Of a DNA stretch of 64,000 bases, positions 19,839-29,683 are shown one piece after another. Source of the DNA: an uncultured Actinomycetes bacterium. Its GTDB lineage: Bacteria; Actinomycetota; UBA4738; JBBDTT01. Position 1 is the stretch's first letter; every line of letters begins with the position of its first letter. The DNA is taken from the NCBI GenBank assembly GCA_963742735.1, contig CAVUMN010000004.1:768001-832000 (forward strand), written 5' to 3'. The notes below the pieces were generated by a model. That model saw nothing but the letters and a program-made list of their open reading frames with translations, ran no database searches and was not told the DNA's origin. The position numbers were made by a program, and so were the translations under genes.

Positions 19839-19933
19839 TGGCGGAGGCGGACGGGAATCGAACCCGCCAGCGAGCTTTCACCCGCTCACCGGTTTTGAAG
19901 ACCGGGGGGCCCACCAGGCGCCCGGACGCCTCC
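19839..19933 (-). tRNA. selC: tRNA-Sec (anticodon UCA)
   Basis: GGAGGCGTCCGGGCGCCTGGTGGGCCCCCCGGTCTTCAAAACCGGTGAGCGGGTGAAAGCTCGCTGGCGGGTTCGATTCCCGTCCGCCTCCGCCA: 95 nt, TCA anticodon, long variable arm, 4-nt D-loop, TTCGATT T-loop, G discriminator and encoded CCA. Confidence 0.95.
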
Positions 19934-19958
19934 GCGGGAGAGCATACGGGCGGGCCCT

Positions 19959-22900
19959 TCAGGCGGATCGGATCCCCAGTCGGTCCAGCCGGTCGCGGGC
20001 GGCCTCGCGATGCGGTGTCGCCTCGCTCGCTCGACCCAGCGCGGTCGAGCAGCGCGCCGCGCCCAGATGGGCGAGGCCCTCCTCCAGGACGACGCCCCAT
20101 TCGGCCCACTCGACCGCGGCGTTCCGATACGCGTTCAGTGCCTCCTCGGTCCGACCCCTCGCCTCGAGGAGCGCCGCCCGGGCCGTGTTCCGGATCCGCA
20201 GGTAGCGCTCCAGGCGCGCGCCCTCGGTTCCCTCCAGGACGTGCTCGGCCAGGGGAAGGTCGTCCGCGGCCAGCGCGAGCCGGGTCAGGTGGTGGACGTC
20301 GAGGAGCCGGACGGCAAGCCCGTCGCCCTGGGTCTGGCCGACGGCCTCTCGGACCAGGTCGGCGGTCCCGGCCGCATCGCCGGCCGCGTTCCGCGCGATC
20401 CCCGCGGCCACGAGCGCGGACTGCAGCAGGGGAGGTTCCCCGAGGGGCCGCATGCGTTCGAGCACCTCCTCGCAGAACGCCAGCGCTTCGGCGCCCTCGC
20501 GCCAGGCGCGCACGAACCCGATGTCGGCCATCGCGTAGACCTCGTCGTACACCGAGCCGGTCCGGCGACCCTCCTCGACGATCTCATTTGCCAGCCGGAG
20601 GACCTCGTCCCACTCGCCGAAGTCGAGCAGCGGCGTGATGGTGGAGTTGTGGATCGCGGTGACCATCTCCCGCACGCCGCGGGATTCCGCGAACGCGACG
20701 CCCTCGCGCAGAACCTCGAGTGAGGCCCCGGGGCCGTCGCTCAGGATCAGCGCGCTCCCCAGGTTGTTGTAGGTGACCGCGGCCGCCCGGACGAGTCCCA
20801 GTCCGATCAGCTCGTGTAGCGCCTCCCGTTGCTCGGCGATCCCGTCGGCGTCCCCGGTAACCAGGCGAGCGAAGCCGCGAAACGCGTGCCCCCGCGCCGC
20901 CGCCTGGGGCTCGCCCACCTGTCCGGCGAGGGCGATCGCCCGCTCGGCCTGGGGGATGCCCTCCCCGTAGCGCCCCGAGACCACGGCGCTGCCGGCGCTG
21001 GTGGCGTAGGCGCGAGCCAGCTCCCGGCTCGGGGGCAGGGCCTCCAGCGTTCGGATGGCCTCGGCGAGGAGGGTCCACCCGGCCGAGGTCTCGCCCCGGT
21101 ACTCGAGGACCACCGAGCGTCGGACCATGGCGTCGGCCGCGTCCAGGTCGTCGCCCGCGGCGAGCAGACCCTCTGCGGCCTCCGCGAACGCCGCGTCCGC
21201 CTCCTCCAGGCGGCCGGACTGCAGGTTCGCCTCGCCGAGCGCGGAGAGGACGTGCGCCCGGTCGGGATGGGACGCCGGCAAGAGCTCCAGTGCACGACGG
21301 AGCTGATCCATGGCGCGCTCCACGTCCAGGGACATCGCTCGGGCCGCGGCCAGCCGCAGATACCGGGCCGCCGACTCCGAGAGCGCCTCCACATCCGAAG
21401 CCCCGGCCGCGCGCGCCAGGTCGAGGGCGCTCGTCGCGTGGTGCACCAGGATCTCGGCAACGTCCTCCAGGTTTCCGCCGCCCACCCCCTCGATCCACTC
21501 CGCCGCCGCCCGGTGCTGCTCGATGCGGGCGGCCCGGGGGAGGGTCGCGTACGAGACGTCGCGGAGCAGGCCGTGCCAGAACGCGTACTCGGCCTGCCCG
21601 TCCAGCGACGAACGGGCCACGCCCCGCACCAGCTCTCGTCCCGCGAGCGCGGTGAGGTCGGATCGAACCGCGGCCTCGTCTCGGGTCGTGAGGGCCGCGG
21701 CGGCGCCCGACCAGAACACGCGACCGATCACCGAGGCCGCCTGCAGCAGGCCTTTCTGCTCCGGGTCCAGCGCGTCGAGCCGCGCGGCGATCAGGGCGTG
21801 CACGGTCGGTGGCAGCTCCAGGCCGGAGTCGTCGCCGACCAGCTCGCCCTGGGGCCCGACGAGTCCCCGGTCGCGGAGGGTTCGGACCAGCTCCTCCGCG
21901 AACAGGGGATTGCCGCCGGATCGTTGGAGCAGCAGGTCCCGCGTCCCGGTGGGGAGCGACCTCGATCGAAGGAGCCCCGCAACCAGGCGCTCGGTCTCCT
22001 CGGCGTCCAGGGGCAGCAGCGTCAGGACCGTGGTCGCCGCCGCGCCGGGTCCCCAGGACGGATGACGTTCCAGTAGCTCCGGCCTTGTCGTGCCGACGAT
22101 CAGGAGTCGAGACGACGCGACGTTGGCGGCGACGTGATCCAGGAACGCGAGCAGGGCGGGGTCGGCCCAGTGCAGGTCCTCGAACACCAGGACCAGGGGG
22201 TCGGTACGCGCGACGTCCTCCAGCAGGCGGCGCCACGCCGTGAACGCCTCCTCCCGCTCGACCGGGGCTCCGGCCTCGAGGCCGGCCAGGGGGGCCAGCC
22301 GCGCCTTGAACCATGCCCGCTCCGAGGGGTCGGTCTGAATGCCCGCCAGGGCGGCCTCGAGCTTCGCCTCGCGATCAGAGGCGGGGTCCGAATCCTTGAT
22401 CCCGGCCCACGCCTTCACGATCTCGCCGAGCGCCCAGAACGTGATGCCTTCCCCATAGGACAGGCACCGGCCGCGATACCACCGAACGTTCACCGGGAGG
22501 GCCCCGCACGCGGCGCGGAGCTCGGCGACCAGGCGCGACTTCCCGACGCCTGGCTCCCCGGAGATCGTGACGAAGCCCGTGACGCCGTCGTCGACGGCCG
22601 CCCGGAGCGCATCCTCCAGCGTCGCCAGCTCCCGCGTCCGGCCGACGAACGGGGCGGCCCCGGTTCGGTCGGAGGTCCCGCCGACACGCCGCATGGCCCG
22701 CGCCCGCCACACCCGCAGCGGCTCGGCCTTTCCCTTGGCCGACACCGCCGGGAGCTCCTCGTAGTCAACCGCCCCGGCCGTGGCCCGCTGGGTCGCCTCG
22801 CCGACCAGGATGGCGCCGGCCTCGGCGGCGGTCTGGATGCGGGCGGCGGTGTTCACGACGTCGCCCAGGATCCGCTCGCCCTGGCCGGCCTCCGCGTCCG

Positions 22901-23339
22901 GGGCGACCGCCGCCTCTCCCGTGCTGATCCCGATCCGGACGGCGAGCGGGTCCTCCTCGCGGCCCTCGTTCAGCACGGCGATCTCCTCGGCGATGTCCAC
23001 GGCGGCGCGCACGGCGCGCTCGGCGTCGTCCTCGTGAGCCACCGGCGAGCCGAAGACGCCCATCGCGGCGTCGCCGATGAACTTGTCGACCGTGCCGCCG
23101 TGGCGCTCGATGGCTCGCCGAGTCAGGTCGTGGAAGGGCTCGATCAGCGCCCGGACGTCCTCGGGATCGGCCCGATCGGACCGAGCGGTGAACCCGACCA
23201 GGTCGCAGAACAGGATCGTGACCAGGCGGCGCTCGGTCCTCGGGGGGGCCGGCGGCGCCGCCTCGAGCGGCGCCCCGCAGTGGGGACAGAACCGGAACCC
23301 GGTCTCGCTCTGCCGTCCGCAGGCGCCGCAGGTGATCAC
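19959..23339 (-). CDS. Class III adenylate/guanylate cyclase with zinc ribbon, AAA ATPase and TPR-like domains
   Basis: CxxC..CxxC; FCDLVGFT, KFIGDA, GDVVNTAAR; Walker A GEPGVGKS; FEDLHWAD; GGNPLF; helical C-terminus. Confidence 0.92.
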   Translation of the reverse strand: MITCGACGRQSETGFRFCPHCGAPLEAAPPAPPRTERRLVTILFCDLVGFTARSDRADPEDVRALIEPFHDLTRRAIERHGGTVDKFIGDAAMGVFGSPVAHEDDAERAVRAAVDIAEEIAVLNEGREEDPLAVRIGISTGEAAVAPDAEAGQGERILGDVVNTAARIQTAAEAGAILVGEATQRATAGAVDYEELPAVSAKGKAEPLRVWRARAMRRVGGTSDRTGAAPFVGRTRELATLEDALRAAVDDGVTGFVTISGEPGVGKSRLVAELRAACGALPVNVRWYRGRCLSYGEGITFWALGEIVKAWAGIKDSDPASDREAKLEAALAGIQTDPSERAWFKARLAPLAGLEAGAPVEREEAFTAWRRLLEDVARTDPLVLVFEDLHWADPALLAFLDHVAANVASSRLLIVGTTRPELLERHPSWGPGAAATTVLTLLPLDAEETERLVAGLLRSRSLPTGTRDLLLQRSGGNPLFAEELVRTLRDRGLVGPQGELVGDDSGLELPPTVHALIAARLDALDPEQKGLLQAASVIGRVFWSGAAAALTTRDEAAVRSDLTALAGRELVRGVARSSLDGQAEYAFWHGLLRDVSYATLPRAARIEQHRAAAEWIEGVGGGNLEDVAEILVHHATSALDLARAAGASDVEALSESAARYLRLAAARAMSLDVERAMDQLRRALELLPASHPDRAHVLSALGEANLQSGRLEEADAAFAEAAEGLLAAGDDLDAADAMVRRSVVLEYRGETSAGWTLLAEAIRTLEALPPSRELARAYATSAGSAVVSGRYGEGIPQAERAIALAGQVGEPQAAARGHAFRGFARLVTGDADGIAEQREALHELIGLGLVRAAAVTYNNLGSALILSDGPGASLEVLREGVAFAESRGVREMVTAIHNSTITPLLDFGEWDEVLRLANEIVEEGRRTGSVYDEVYAMADIGFVRAWREGAEALAFCEEVLERMRPLGEPPLLQSALVAAGIARNAAGDAAGTADLVREAVGQTQGDGLAVRLLDVHHLTRLALAADDLPLAEHVLEGTEGARLERYLRIRNTARAALLEARGRTEEALNAYRNAAVEWAEWGVVLEEGLAHLGAARCSTALGRASEATPHREAARDRLDRLGIRSA

Positions 23340-23363
23340 GTGCGCGAGCGTACCCGCGCGGAC

Positions 23364-24953
23364 TTACCCCGGGTCGGGGATGGGTGCGGTCTCGGCACGG
23401 CACGCCTCGCCCGAGCAGAGGCGGAGCCCCTCGAGCACCACGGTCAGGGCGGCCAGCGTCTGCGCGTAGGCGGGGTCCAGGTGGACCGAGTTGAGCTGGA
23501 ACGGGTCGCGCTCCAGGTCGTACAGCTCGCGTTCGCCGGTCATGTACTCGAGGTACGCGTAGCGCTCGGTACGCACGCCCTGGTAGCCGATGACGGTCTT
23601 GCCCAGCGGAATCGGGTTGCCGCCACCACCACCGCCACCACCGCCGCCACCCTCGAGCTGCTGCCGGAAGAACGTGACCGCGGAGCCGATGGGGAAGAAC
23701 GCCTCCAACAGGATGGGCCGCAGCGTCCGTTCCCGGGGACGCCGCAGGAAGGGGAGGAATGAGCGGCCGTCCATCGTCACCGTCGGCTCGGCGCCGGTCA
23801 GCTCGGCGATCGTCGGCGCCAGGTCGGCGTTCACGACCCGTTCCTGCACCATGGTCCCGGGCCGGATCCCCGGCCCGCGGATGAGCAGCGGCACGCGAGC
23901 CGAGTTCTCGTAGCCGAGGATCTTCTCGTCCGGCGTCCGGTGCTCGCCGTGGAAGTAGCCATTGTCGGAGGTGAACACCACGTAGGTGTTGCGGAGGACG
24001 CCCTCGGCGGCCAGGGCCCGCATGACGCTCCGGACGGCCTCGTCCACGGACTGCAGGGACTCGATCTCGTTGCGGTACCGGTCCTCGATCACCTCGACGT
24101 CCTCGGGCGTGAGCGAGGGCTTGAGCTGCATGAACAGGGGCTTGTCGGTCATGTCGTCCTCGTTGAACGAGGGCGGCCGCGGCATGCGGACCCGGGCGTA
24201 CTTCCCCTTGTGGCGGGGCGCAGGACGGGGCCCGGTCTGGATCGCGAGGGTGTCGACCTCGCGGTGGGGCGCCAGGAACCACAGGTTCAGGAAGAAGGGC
24301 CTGTCCGAATGGGCAACGCGGTGGATCGCGGCCACCGCCTTCCTTGCGTACACGTCGGTCTGGTAGAGCGCGGGGTTCTCGACGCCGGGATCCCCGTACG
24401 TCTTCGTTCGTCCGTTCTCGTTCAGCGTGTAGCCCCACATCCGGTAGGTCGAGGGGTCGATCGCGCCGTACCACTCGTCCCAGCCGGGCGGCACCTCGGT
24501 GGGGTCCGCCACCCCGTACTCGTTGAGGAACTTGCCGACGTGGACCGTTCGGTAGCCGGCGGCCCGAAGCCAGACCGGGAGGGTGTTCTCGGCGTCCAGG
24601 CGCTCGTAGCCCCCGGTCGGCGGGTCGTTCTCCAGGACACCGTGGTTGTGGGCGTACTGGCCCGTCAGGAACGTCGCCCGCGACGGGCAGCACAGCGGAA
24701 ACGACGACAGCGACGTGCGGAAGGAGGCCCCGGGCGAACCGATCAGGGCCCGCGTGTACGGCAGCCACCGCATCTGCTCGACGGTCTGGTCGTCGGTCAT
24801 GATCACGACGACGTTGGGGCGCGACCGCGCGGGCCGGGCCTGGGTCGTGGGGCCCTTCGGGCCCTCCGGGGTCCCGGACGCCCGCCCGTCGGGGCTTCCC
24901 GCCACGAGCGACGTGGCGGCGAGCAGCAGGGCGAGAACGAGGCGGGCTCTCAT
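23364..24953 (-). CDS. Secreted sulfatase (N-acetylglucosamine-6-sulfatase-like)
   Basis: Signal peptide; PNVVVIMTDDQ, formylglycine motif CCPSRA, GKFLN, APH, FTSDNG and ELYDLERDP. Confidence 0.92.
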   Translation of the reverse strand: MRARLVLALLLAATSLVAGSPDGRASGTPEGPKGPTTQARPARSRPNVVVIMTDDQTVEQMRWLPYTRALIGSPGASFRTSLSSFPLCCPSRATFLTGQYAHNHGVLENDPPTGGYERLDAENTLPVWLRAAGYRTVHVGKFLNEYGVADPTEVPPGWDEWYGAIDPSTYRMWGYTLNENGRTKTYGDPGVENPALYQTDVYARKAVAAIHRVAHSDRPFFLNLWFLAPHREVDTLAIQTGPRPAPRHKGKYARVRMPRPPSFNEDDMTDKPLFMQLKPSLTPEDVEVIEDRYRNEIESLQSVDEAVRSVMRALAAEGVLRNTYVVFTSDNGYFHGEHRTPDEKILGYENSARVPLLIRGPGIRPGTMVQERVVNADLAPTIAELTGAEPTVTMDGRSFLPFLRRPRERTLRPILLEAFFPIGSAVTFFRQQLEGGGGGGGGGGGNPIPLGKTVIGYQGVRTERYAYLEYMTGERELYDLERDPFQLNSVHLDPAYAQTLAALTVVLEGLRLCSGEACRAETAPIPDPG

Positions 24954-25348
24954 GCCCAGAACCGGTCGATGTCGTCCTGGTCGTCCGCGAGCGCCCAGCG
25001 CTCCTCGAGCTTCGCGTCCGGGGTGAGCTTCAGGACGTGGGCGACGACGTTGTCCTGGTGCCGGTCCTGACGGTCCGCGGTCACGTGGACGAGCACCACC
25101 GCGAACTCGTCGTTGGCGAACACGTCCAGGATCTCCGTCTCGACGGTGCCCTCGGTCTCCTGCCAGATCCGCACGAACAGCGACAGGAGCTCGGCCTTGC
25201 CCCGGTAGGTCCCGGCGATGGCGTGGGTGCCGGGCTGGTGCCAGACGACCTCGTCGTCCAGCAGGGAGTCCAGGCCGGAGAGGTCGCCCTTGGCGAAGGC
25301 CTCGAACCCCTGGCGGACCCGCGGGACGTTCGGATGGTCGTTCGCCAC
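24950..25348 (-). CDS. SnoaL-like / NTF2-fold protein
   Basis: HPN..VRQGFEAFAKGD, VVWHQPG..AGTYRG, DDQDDIDRFW; ATGA overlap with the sulfatase gene. Confidence 0.8.
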   Translation of the reverse strand: MANDHPNVPRVRQGFEAFAKGDLSGLDSLLDDEVVWHQPGTHAIAGTYRGKAELLSLFVRIWQETEGTVETEILDVFANDEFAVVLVHVTADRQDRHQDNVVAHVLKLTPDAKLEERWALADDQDDIDRFWA

Positions 25349-25419
25349 GGGGCGGGTTCTATCCCGCGCTCGGGGCGGGTGTCCAGGGTGGGGCCCGCGA
25401 ATAGACTGGGTCAACGCCC

Positions 25420-27741
25420 ATGAATCATCGGTCCCGCCCGCCGTTCGCCCTCGTCCTGCTGGCCGCCCTCGCGGCCGGTATCGCCACGCCCGCCACGCCC
25501 CCGGCGCCTCCGGCGATCCCGTGGGCGTCCCAACAGGGGATGCTCGCCTCGATCGCCGAGGAGGAGATGCCGGGCGACCTGTTCCTGTTCTCCCGGACCG
25601 CGAACGGCGCGGCGCCGACCGCCGAGACCTTCGAGCGCGCGGCCACCGAGTCCCGCGCCGTGACCCGGACGACTCGGCGGGAGAAGCCCGCGCTCGCGTC
25701 CCGGACGTGGATCTTCAAGGGCCCGGCGAACGTCGGCGCCCGCGTGTCCGACATGGTCACCGATCCGAGGCAGAAGGACACGGTGTACGTGACCGGCGCG
25801 TCGGGCGGCGTGTGGGTGAGCCGCGACGCCGGGATGACCTACACCTCGACGTGGCCGGCGAGTTACCCCCAGTCGATGGGCGCACTGGCCATCGGACGCG
25901 ACGGCGCGTTGTGGGCCGGCACCGGGGAGGCCAACCCGGGCGGGGGGAGCCTGACTTACGGCGGCGGCGGCGTGTACCGCTCCACGAACCGCGGCAGAAC
26001 CTGGACGAACGTCGGCCTGCGGACGGTCTCGCGCATCGGGCGCATCGCCGTCGATCCCCAGGACCCGAAGCACGTCTTCGTCGCGGCCACCGGGCACCTG
26101 TTCCTGCCGGGCGGCGACCGCGGGCTGTACGAGACCCGCGACGCCGGCAGGCACTGGCGGCTGGCCCTGGCCGGCGACAACCCCACCACCGGCGCGGTCG
26201 ACGTGGCCATCGACCCGTCGGACTCCTCGAACGTGATCGTCGCGATGTGGGACGCGATCCGCTACCCCGACCGGCGGATCTACACGGGAATCGGCTCCGG
26301 GCTGTTCCGTTCGACCGACGGCGGCGCGAGCTTCGCGCGGCTGGGTCCGCTCAACGGCCTTCCTCCGGCGCTGAGCGGCATCGGCCGGATCGGCGTCGCC
26401 TTCGCCCCCAGCGACCCGAGCCGCGTCTACGCCGTCTACGCGAACAACGAGGTCGGGACGTTCCAGGCGTGGTTCGTTTCGCCGGACGGCGGAGGCACCT
26501 GGCTGGCGCCTCCCGGAGCGCAGGTCACCCTGGCCGCGTCGCAGAGCGTCTACGGCTGGTGGTTCGGCCGGGTGTTCGTGGACCCCGAGAACCCGCTGCA
26601 CGTCTTCGTGACCGGGCTCGACCTCTCGGAGTCGATCGACGGCGGGCTCAGCTTCCCGAACGTGCACGCCGACATCCACGTCGACCACCACGCAATGGCC
26701 TGGGACTCCCGCGTGCCCGATCGGGTCTACCTGGGGAACGACGGCGGCGTGTACCGGTCGGACACCAACGGGAGCCTGATGTCGTGGACCCACGCGACGC
26801 ACATGCCGTGGAACCAGCTGTTCACGCTCGACGTGTCGGCGCAGGTGCCGTCGCGGATCAACGCGGGCCTGCAGGACAACGGATCGGTCCGGTCGTGGGG
26901 TGAGGGCGGCTGGGAGGAGTACAACGGCGGCGACGGCGTGAAGAACGCGATCAACCCCACCGACCCGCAGAACGTGTTCGCCTGCTCGCAGTACGGGGCG
27001 TGCGCTCGCTCCGACGACGGCGGCGACAGCGCCGCCGGGATGTCGAAGGAGGGGACGCGCGACGGCTGGCTGACCCCGATCGAGTTCGCGCCGGGCTCGG
27101 GCGACGTCATGTACTGGGCGGGGGACACCCTCAACCGCTCGGACGACCGGGGCGCCAGCTGGGCCGGGATCAGCCCCGACCTCGGCAAGATGGACCCCGG
27201 CGGAGAGATCAACCCGCTGTACGCGGCCCACTACGGGACCGTCCAGGCGATCGGCCTGTCCGCCTCGGCCCCGGACACGATCTACGCCGGCACCGACAAC
27301 GGCTACCTGTGGAAGACGACCGACGCCGGAGGCGAGTGGACCGAGCTGACCTCGGACGCGCTGCCGGGGACGTGGGTGACCGCGATCGCCGTCGAGCCGA
27401 GGAACGCCGGCCGCCTCTACGTCTCGCACTCGGGCTTCCGCGAGGCCGACGAGGACGCCTACGTCCTGTACTCGAGGGACGGAGGCGCCACGTACCGGGA
27501 CGTCTCCGCGAACCTTCCGGCGGCCCCGGTGAGCGACCTGGTCCTCGTCGGTGGCTCGCTGTACGCGGCGACGGACGTGGGGGTGTTCGTCACGAAGACC
27601 TCGAGGATCCGGTGGTACCGCGTCGGCGCCGGCCTGCCGAACTGCCCGATCAACGACCTGAAGTACGTGGCGAAGAACCGGACCCTGTACGCGGGCACCT
27701 TCGGCCGCGGCGTTTACGCGATCGTCCCGCCCGCGTTGTAG
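25420..27741 (+). CDS. Secreted BNR/Asp-box repeat beta-propeller protein (VPS10/GH74-like)
   Basis: Signal peptide, repeated SxDGGxTW Asp-boxes, GTGEAN, HVDHH, GLQDNG and GTFGRG. Confidence 0.88.
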   Translation: MNHRSRPPFALVLLAALAAGIATPATPPAPPAIPWASQQGMLASIAEEEMPGDLFLFSRTANGAAPTAETFERAATESRAVTRTTRREKPALASRTWIFKGPANVGARVSDMVTDPRQKDTVYVTGASGGVWVSRDAGMTYTSTWPASYPQSMGALAIGRDGALWAGTGEANPGGGSLTYGGGGVYRSTNRGRTWTNVGLRTVSRIGRIAVDPQDPKHVFVAATGHLFLPGGDRGLYETRDAGRHWRLALAGDNPTTGAVDVAIDPSDSSNVIVAMWDAIRYPDRRIYTGIGSGLFRSTDGGASFARLGPLNGLPPALSGIGRIGVAFAPSDPSRVYAVYANNEVGTFQAWFVSPDGGGTWLAPPGAQVTLAASQSVYGWWFGRVFVDPENPLHVFVTGLDLSESIDGGLSFPNVHADIHVDHHAMAWDSRVPDRVYLGNDGGVYRSDTNGSLMSWTHATHMPWNQLFTLDVSAQVPSRINAGLQDNGSVRSWGEGGWEEYNGGDGVKNAINPTDPQNVFACSQYGACARSDDGGDSAAGMSKEGTRDGWLTPIEFAPGSGDVMYWAGDTLNRSDDRGASWAGISPDLGKMDPGGEINPLYAAHYGTVQAIGLSASAPDTIYAGTDNGYLWKTTDAGGEWTELTSDALPGTWVTAIAVEPRNAGRLYVSHSGFREADEDAYVLYSRDGGATYRDVSANLPAAPVSDLVLVGGSLYAATDVGVFVTKTSRIRWYRVGAGLPNCPINDLKYVAKNRTLYAGTFGRGVYAIVPPAL

Positions 27742-28571
27742 GGGTCCGCCGGAGGCTCCTCCCCGGTCAGCTCCCGGATCAGGGCCGGGCGGTCGAAGTA
27801 CTCCTTGCGGGCGCGCAGGTCCAGGTACACGTAGACGATCACGACGGTGACGTAGGGGGTAGCGAGGGCCGACGCGAGGCCGCCCGCCAGGCCGGCGCTC
27901 AGCCATGCATCAGGGAACGGCGCCGTGAAGGCCGCGCCCAGGAGCCCGACCACGACCACCGTCAGCACGTACACGCCGAACACGATCCAGCCGTTGCCCT
28001 TGACCAGGCGCCACGAGCGGCGGAGGGCGGCGGTCCCGCGGACCTCCTCGACGATCAGGGCGGGCATGGCCACCAGGAAGCGCACGGCCAGGATGATCCC
28101 CGGCACGATCAGCAGCAGGAGGCCGCCGAACACGGCCAGCCCGGTGAGCAACGTCACCCACAGGATGGGACCGAGCCGCTTCAGCGCGAACCGGTACGCC
28201 TCCCCGGCACGGATCGGGAGCTCCGCCACGCCGAGGATGGCCGCCCGCGTCAGGGCGCCGGTGAGCAGCTGGGTGATGACGAACCCGATGATGCTCGCGA
28301 CGAAGCTTCCGGCGATGGCGCGCCAGAACCGCTCGTCGACGATGACCTGGCCGGTCGCCGGATCGACGTTCACCGTGAAGACCTCGTTGAGCAGGTAGTA
28401 CTGCAGCAGGGTCAGGGGGACCGCCACGATCGCGGCCATCCCAACGAACGGCAGGAAGCCCCGGCGATACACGCGGAACGCGGACTCGAGGATGGCGCCC
28501 CGATGCGCCGCCCCGGGTGGTTTGGGTGGAGGAGGAAGGTCGGGCCCGGGCGGCGGCGGAAGCTCCGTCAC
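27714..28571 (-). CDS. Integral membrane protein (GDPD membrane-domain-like) with Pro-rich N-terminus
   Basis: About 6 TM helices; LLIVPGI, ALRRSWRLVKG and YLDLRARKE motifs. Confidence 0.75.
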   Translation of the reverse strand: MTELPPPPGPDLPPPPKPPGAAHRGAILESAFRVYRRGFLPFVGMAAIVAVPLTLLQYYLLNEVFTVNVDPATGQVIVDERFWRAIAGSFVASIIGFVITQLLTGALTRAAILGVAELPIRAGEAYRFALKRLGPILWVTLLTGLAVFGGLLLLIVPGIILAVRFLVAMPALIVEEVRGTAALRRSWRLVKGNGWIVFGVYVLTVVVVGLLGAAFTAPFPDAWLSAGLAGGLASALATPYVTVVIVYVYLDLRARKEYFDRPALIRELTGEEPPADPYNAGGTIA

Positions 28572-28584
28572 ACCGAGAGCCTAC

Positions 28585-29682
28585 TCACCACTCCTCGAAG
28601 CCGTAGCGCTCGTGGGGGCCCAGGACCATGTACTCGAACAGCCCTGTGCCGACCGTCCCGTCGGGGAGCTCGAACCGCGCCACGGAGTCGACCAGGCCCC
28701 ACAGGTTCGCCCGGCCCATCTCCGTGGTCAGGTCCCATTCCACGCCCTGGACCACGAGCGGGCCCTGGTACATCCCGTGGCGCCAGTCGGGCTCGAACCC
28801 GTACCCGGTGCCGATCCCGACGTGCAGGCGGAGCAGCGGCGTGACCTTGACCTCGAGGTCGCCAAGCCGCAGGAGCGCCGACTCGACCTCGCGGGTCCCC
28901 TCGATGAAGGTCAGCTCGTGGCCGGGGCGGCCGAGGTCCTCCGGCTCGGCGCCGTCCTCGCCACCGGCGGCGAACGACGGCACGCGCGCGGCCTCCTCGA
29001 TGATCCGCCGCCCGTCGGGGCGCTCCTGGGCGATGAAGTACGTCGCGAAGTCGGGGAACTGGGCCGGCGCGTTGATCCAGAAGAAGCCCGGCAGCGGGTC
29101 CTGGCCGCGGATACCAGGCGGCTCGGGCTCGCCGATCGGGCGCACGCCCCACGACCGGTCCCGTGTGCCGCTCCATCGGTCGGGGGTCACCTCGAAGCTC
29201 GTGTCGCCCACCGTCAGCGTCCCCGTCCACCGGCCGGTCTGGGCCATCCGGCACGTGTCGATCAACAGCCGCCCGTGGGGGGCGCGGTCGGTGTGCCGCG
29301 GCTCCAGGTGCGCGGGGTCGAACCCCTCCCACGTCAGGTCGAACTCCAGGCCGTGCTCGTTCGGCTCCAGGAGCACCCGCAGGGCGTGGAGCCCCTTGAG
29401 GACCTCGATCCGGAACGGCCCGACGCTCAGGTCGCTCCGGTCGGACCCCAGCTCGCGCGAGGCGCGGACCACGCGGTGCACCTTCCCGTCGTTGATCACC
29501 GCGAACGCATCGGCCGTCCCCAGGTTGGGGTACTGGCCCATCCCCGTGATGAGCATCAGCTCGCCGTCGCCGGCATGACAGTTGAAGTAGTACCGGTCGT
29601 AGAAGTTGCGATCGCTGGTGGCCGGGTGGCGGACGGGCTCGGCGATCTGGTGGACGGGCAGGTCGTCGAGCGGGCCGAGCAC
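28585..29682 (-). CDS. Conserved actinobacterial hypothetical protein (beta-rich)
   Basis: DDLPVHQ, SDRNFYDRYYFN, GQYPNLG and RDRSWGVRP motifs; co-oriented with the phosphotransferase and ALDH genes. Confidence 0.7.
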   Translation of the reverse strand: MLGPLDDLPVHQIAEPVRHPATSDRNFYDRYYFNCHAGDGELMLITGMGQYPNLGTADAFAVINDGKVHRVVRASRELGSDRSDLSVGPFRIEVLKGLHALRVLLEPNEHGLEFDLTWEGFDPAHLEPRHTDRAPHGRLLIDTCRMAQTGRWTGTLTVGDTSFEVTPDRWSGTRDRSWGVRPIGEPEPPGIRGQDPLPGFFWINAPAQFPDFATYFIAQERPDGRRIIEEAARVPSFAAGGEDGAEPEDLGRPGHELTFIEGTREVESALLRLGDLEVKVTPLLRLHVGIGTGYGFEPDWRHGMYQGPLVVQGVEWDLTTEMGRANLWGLVDSVARFELPDGTVGTGLFEYMVLGPHERYGFEEW

Positions 29683-29683
29683 G

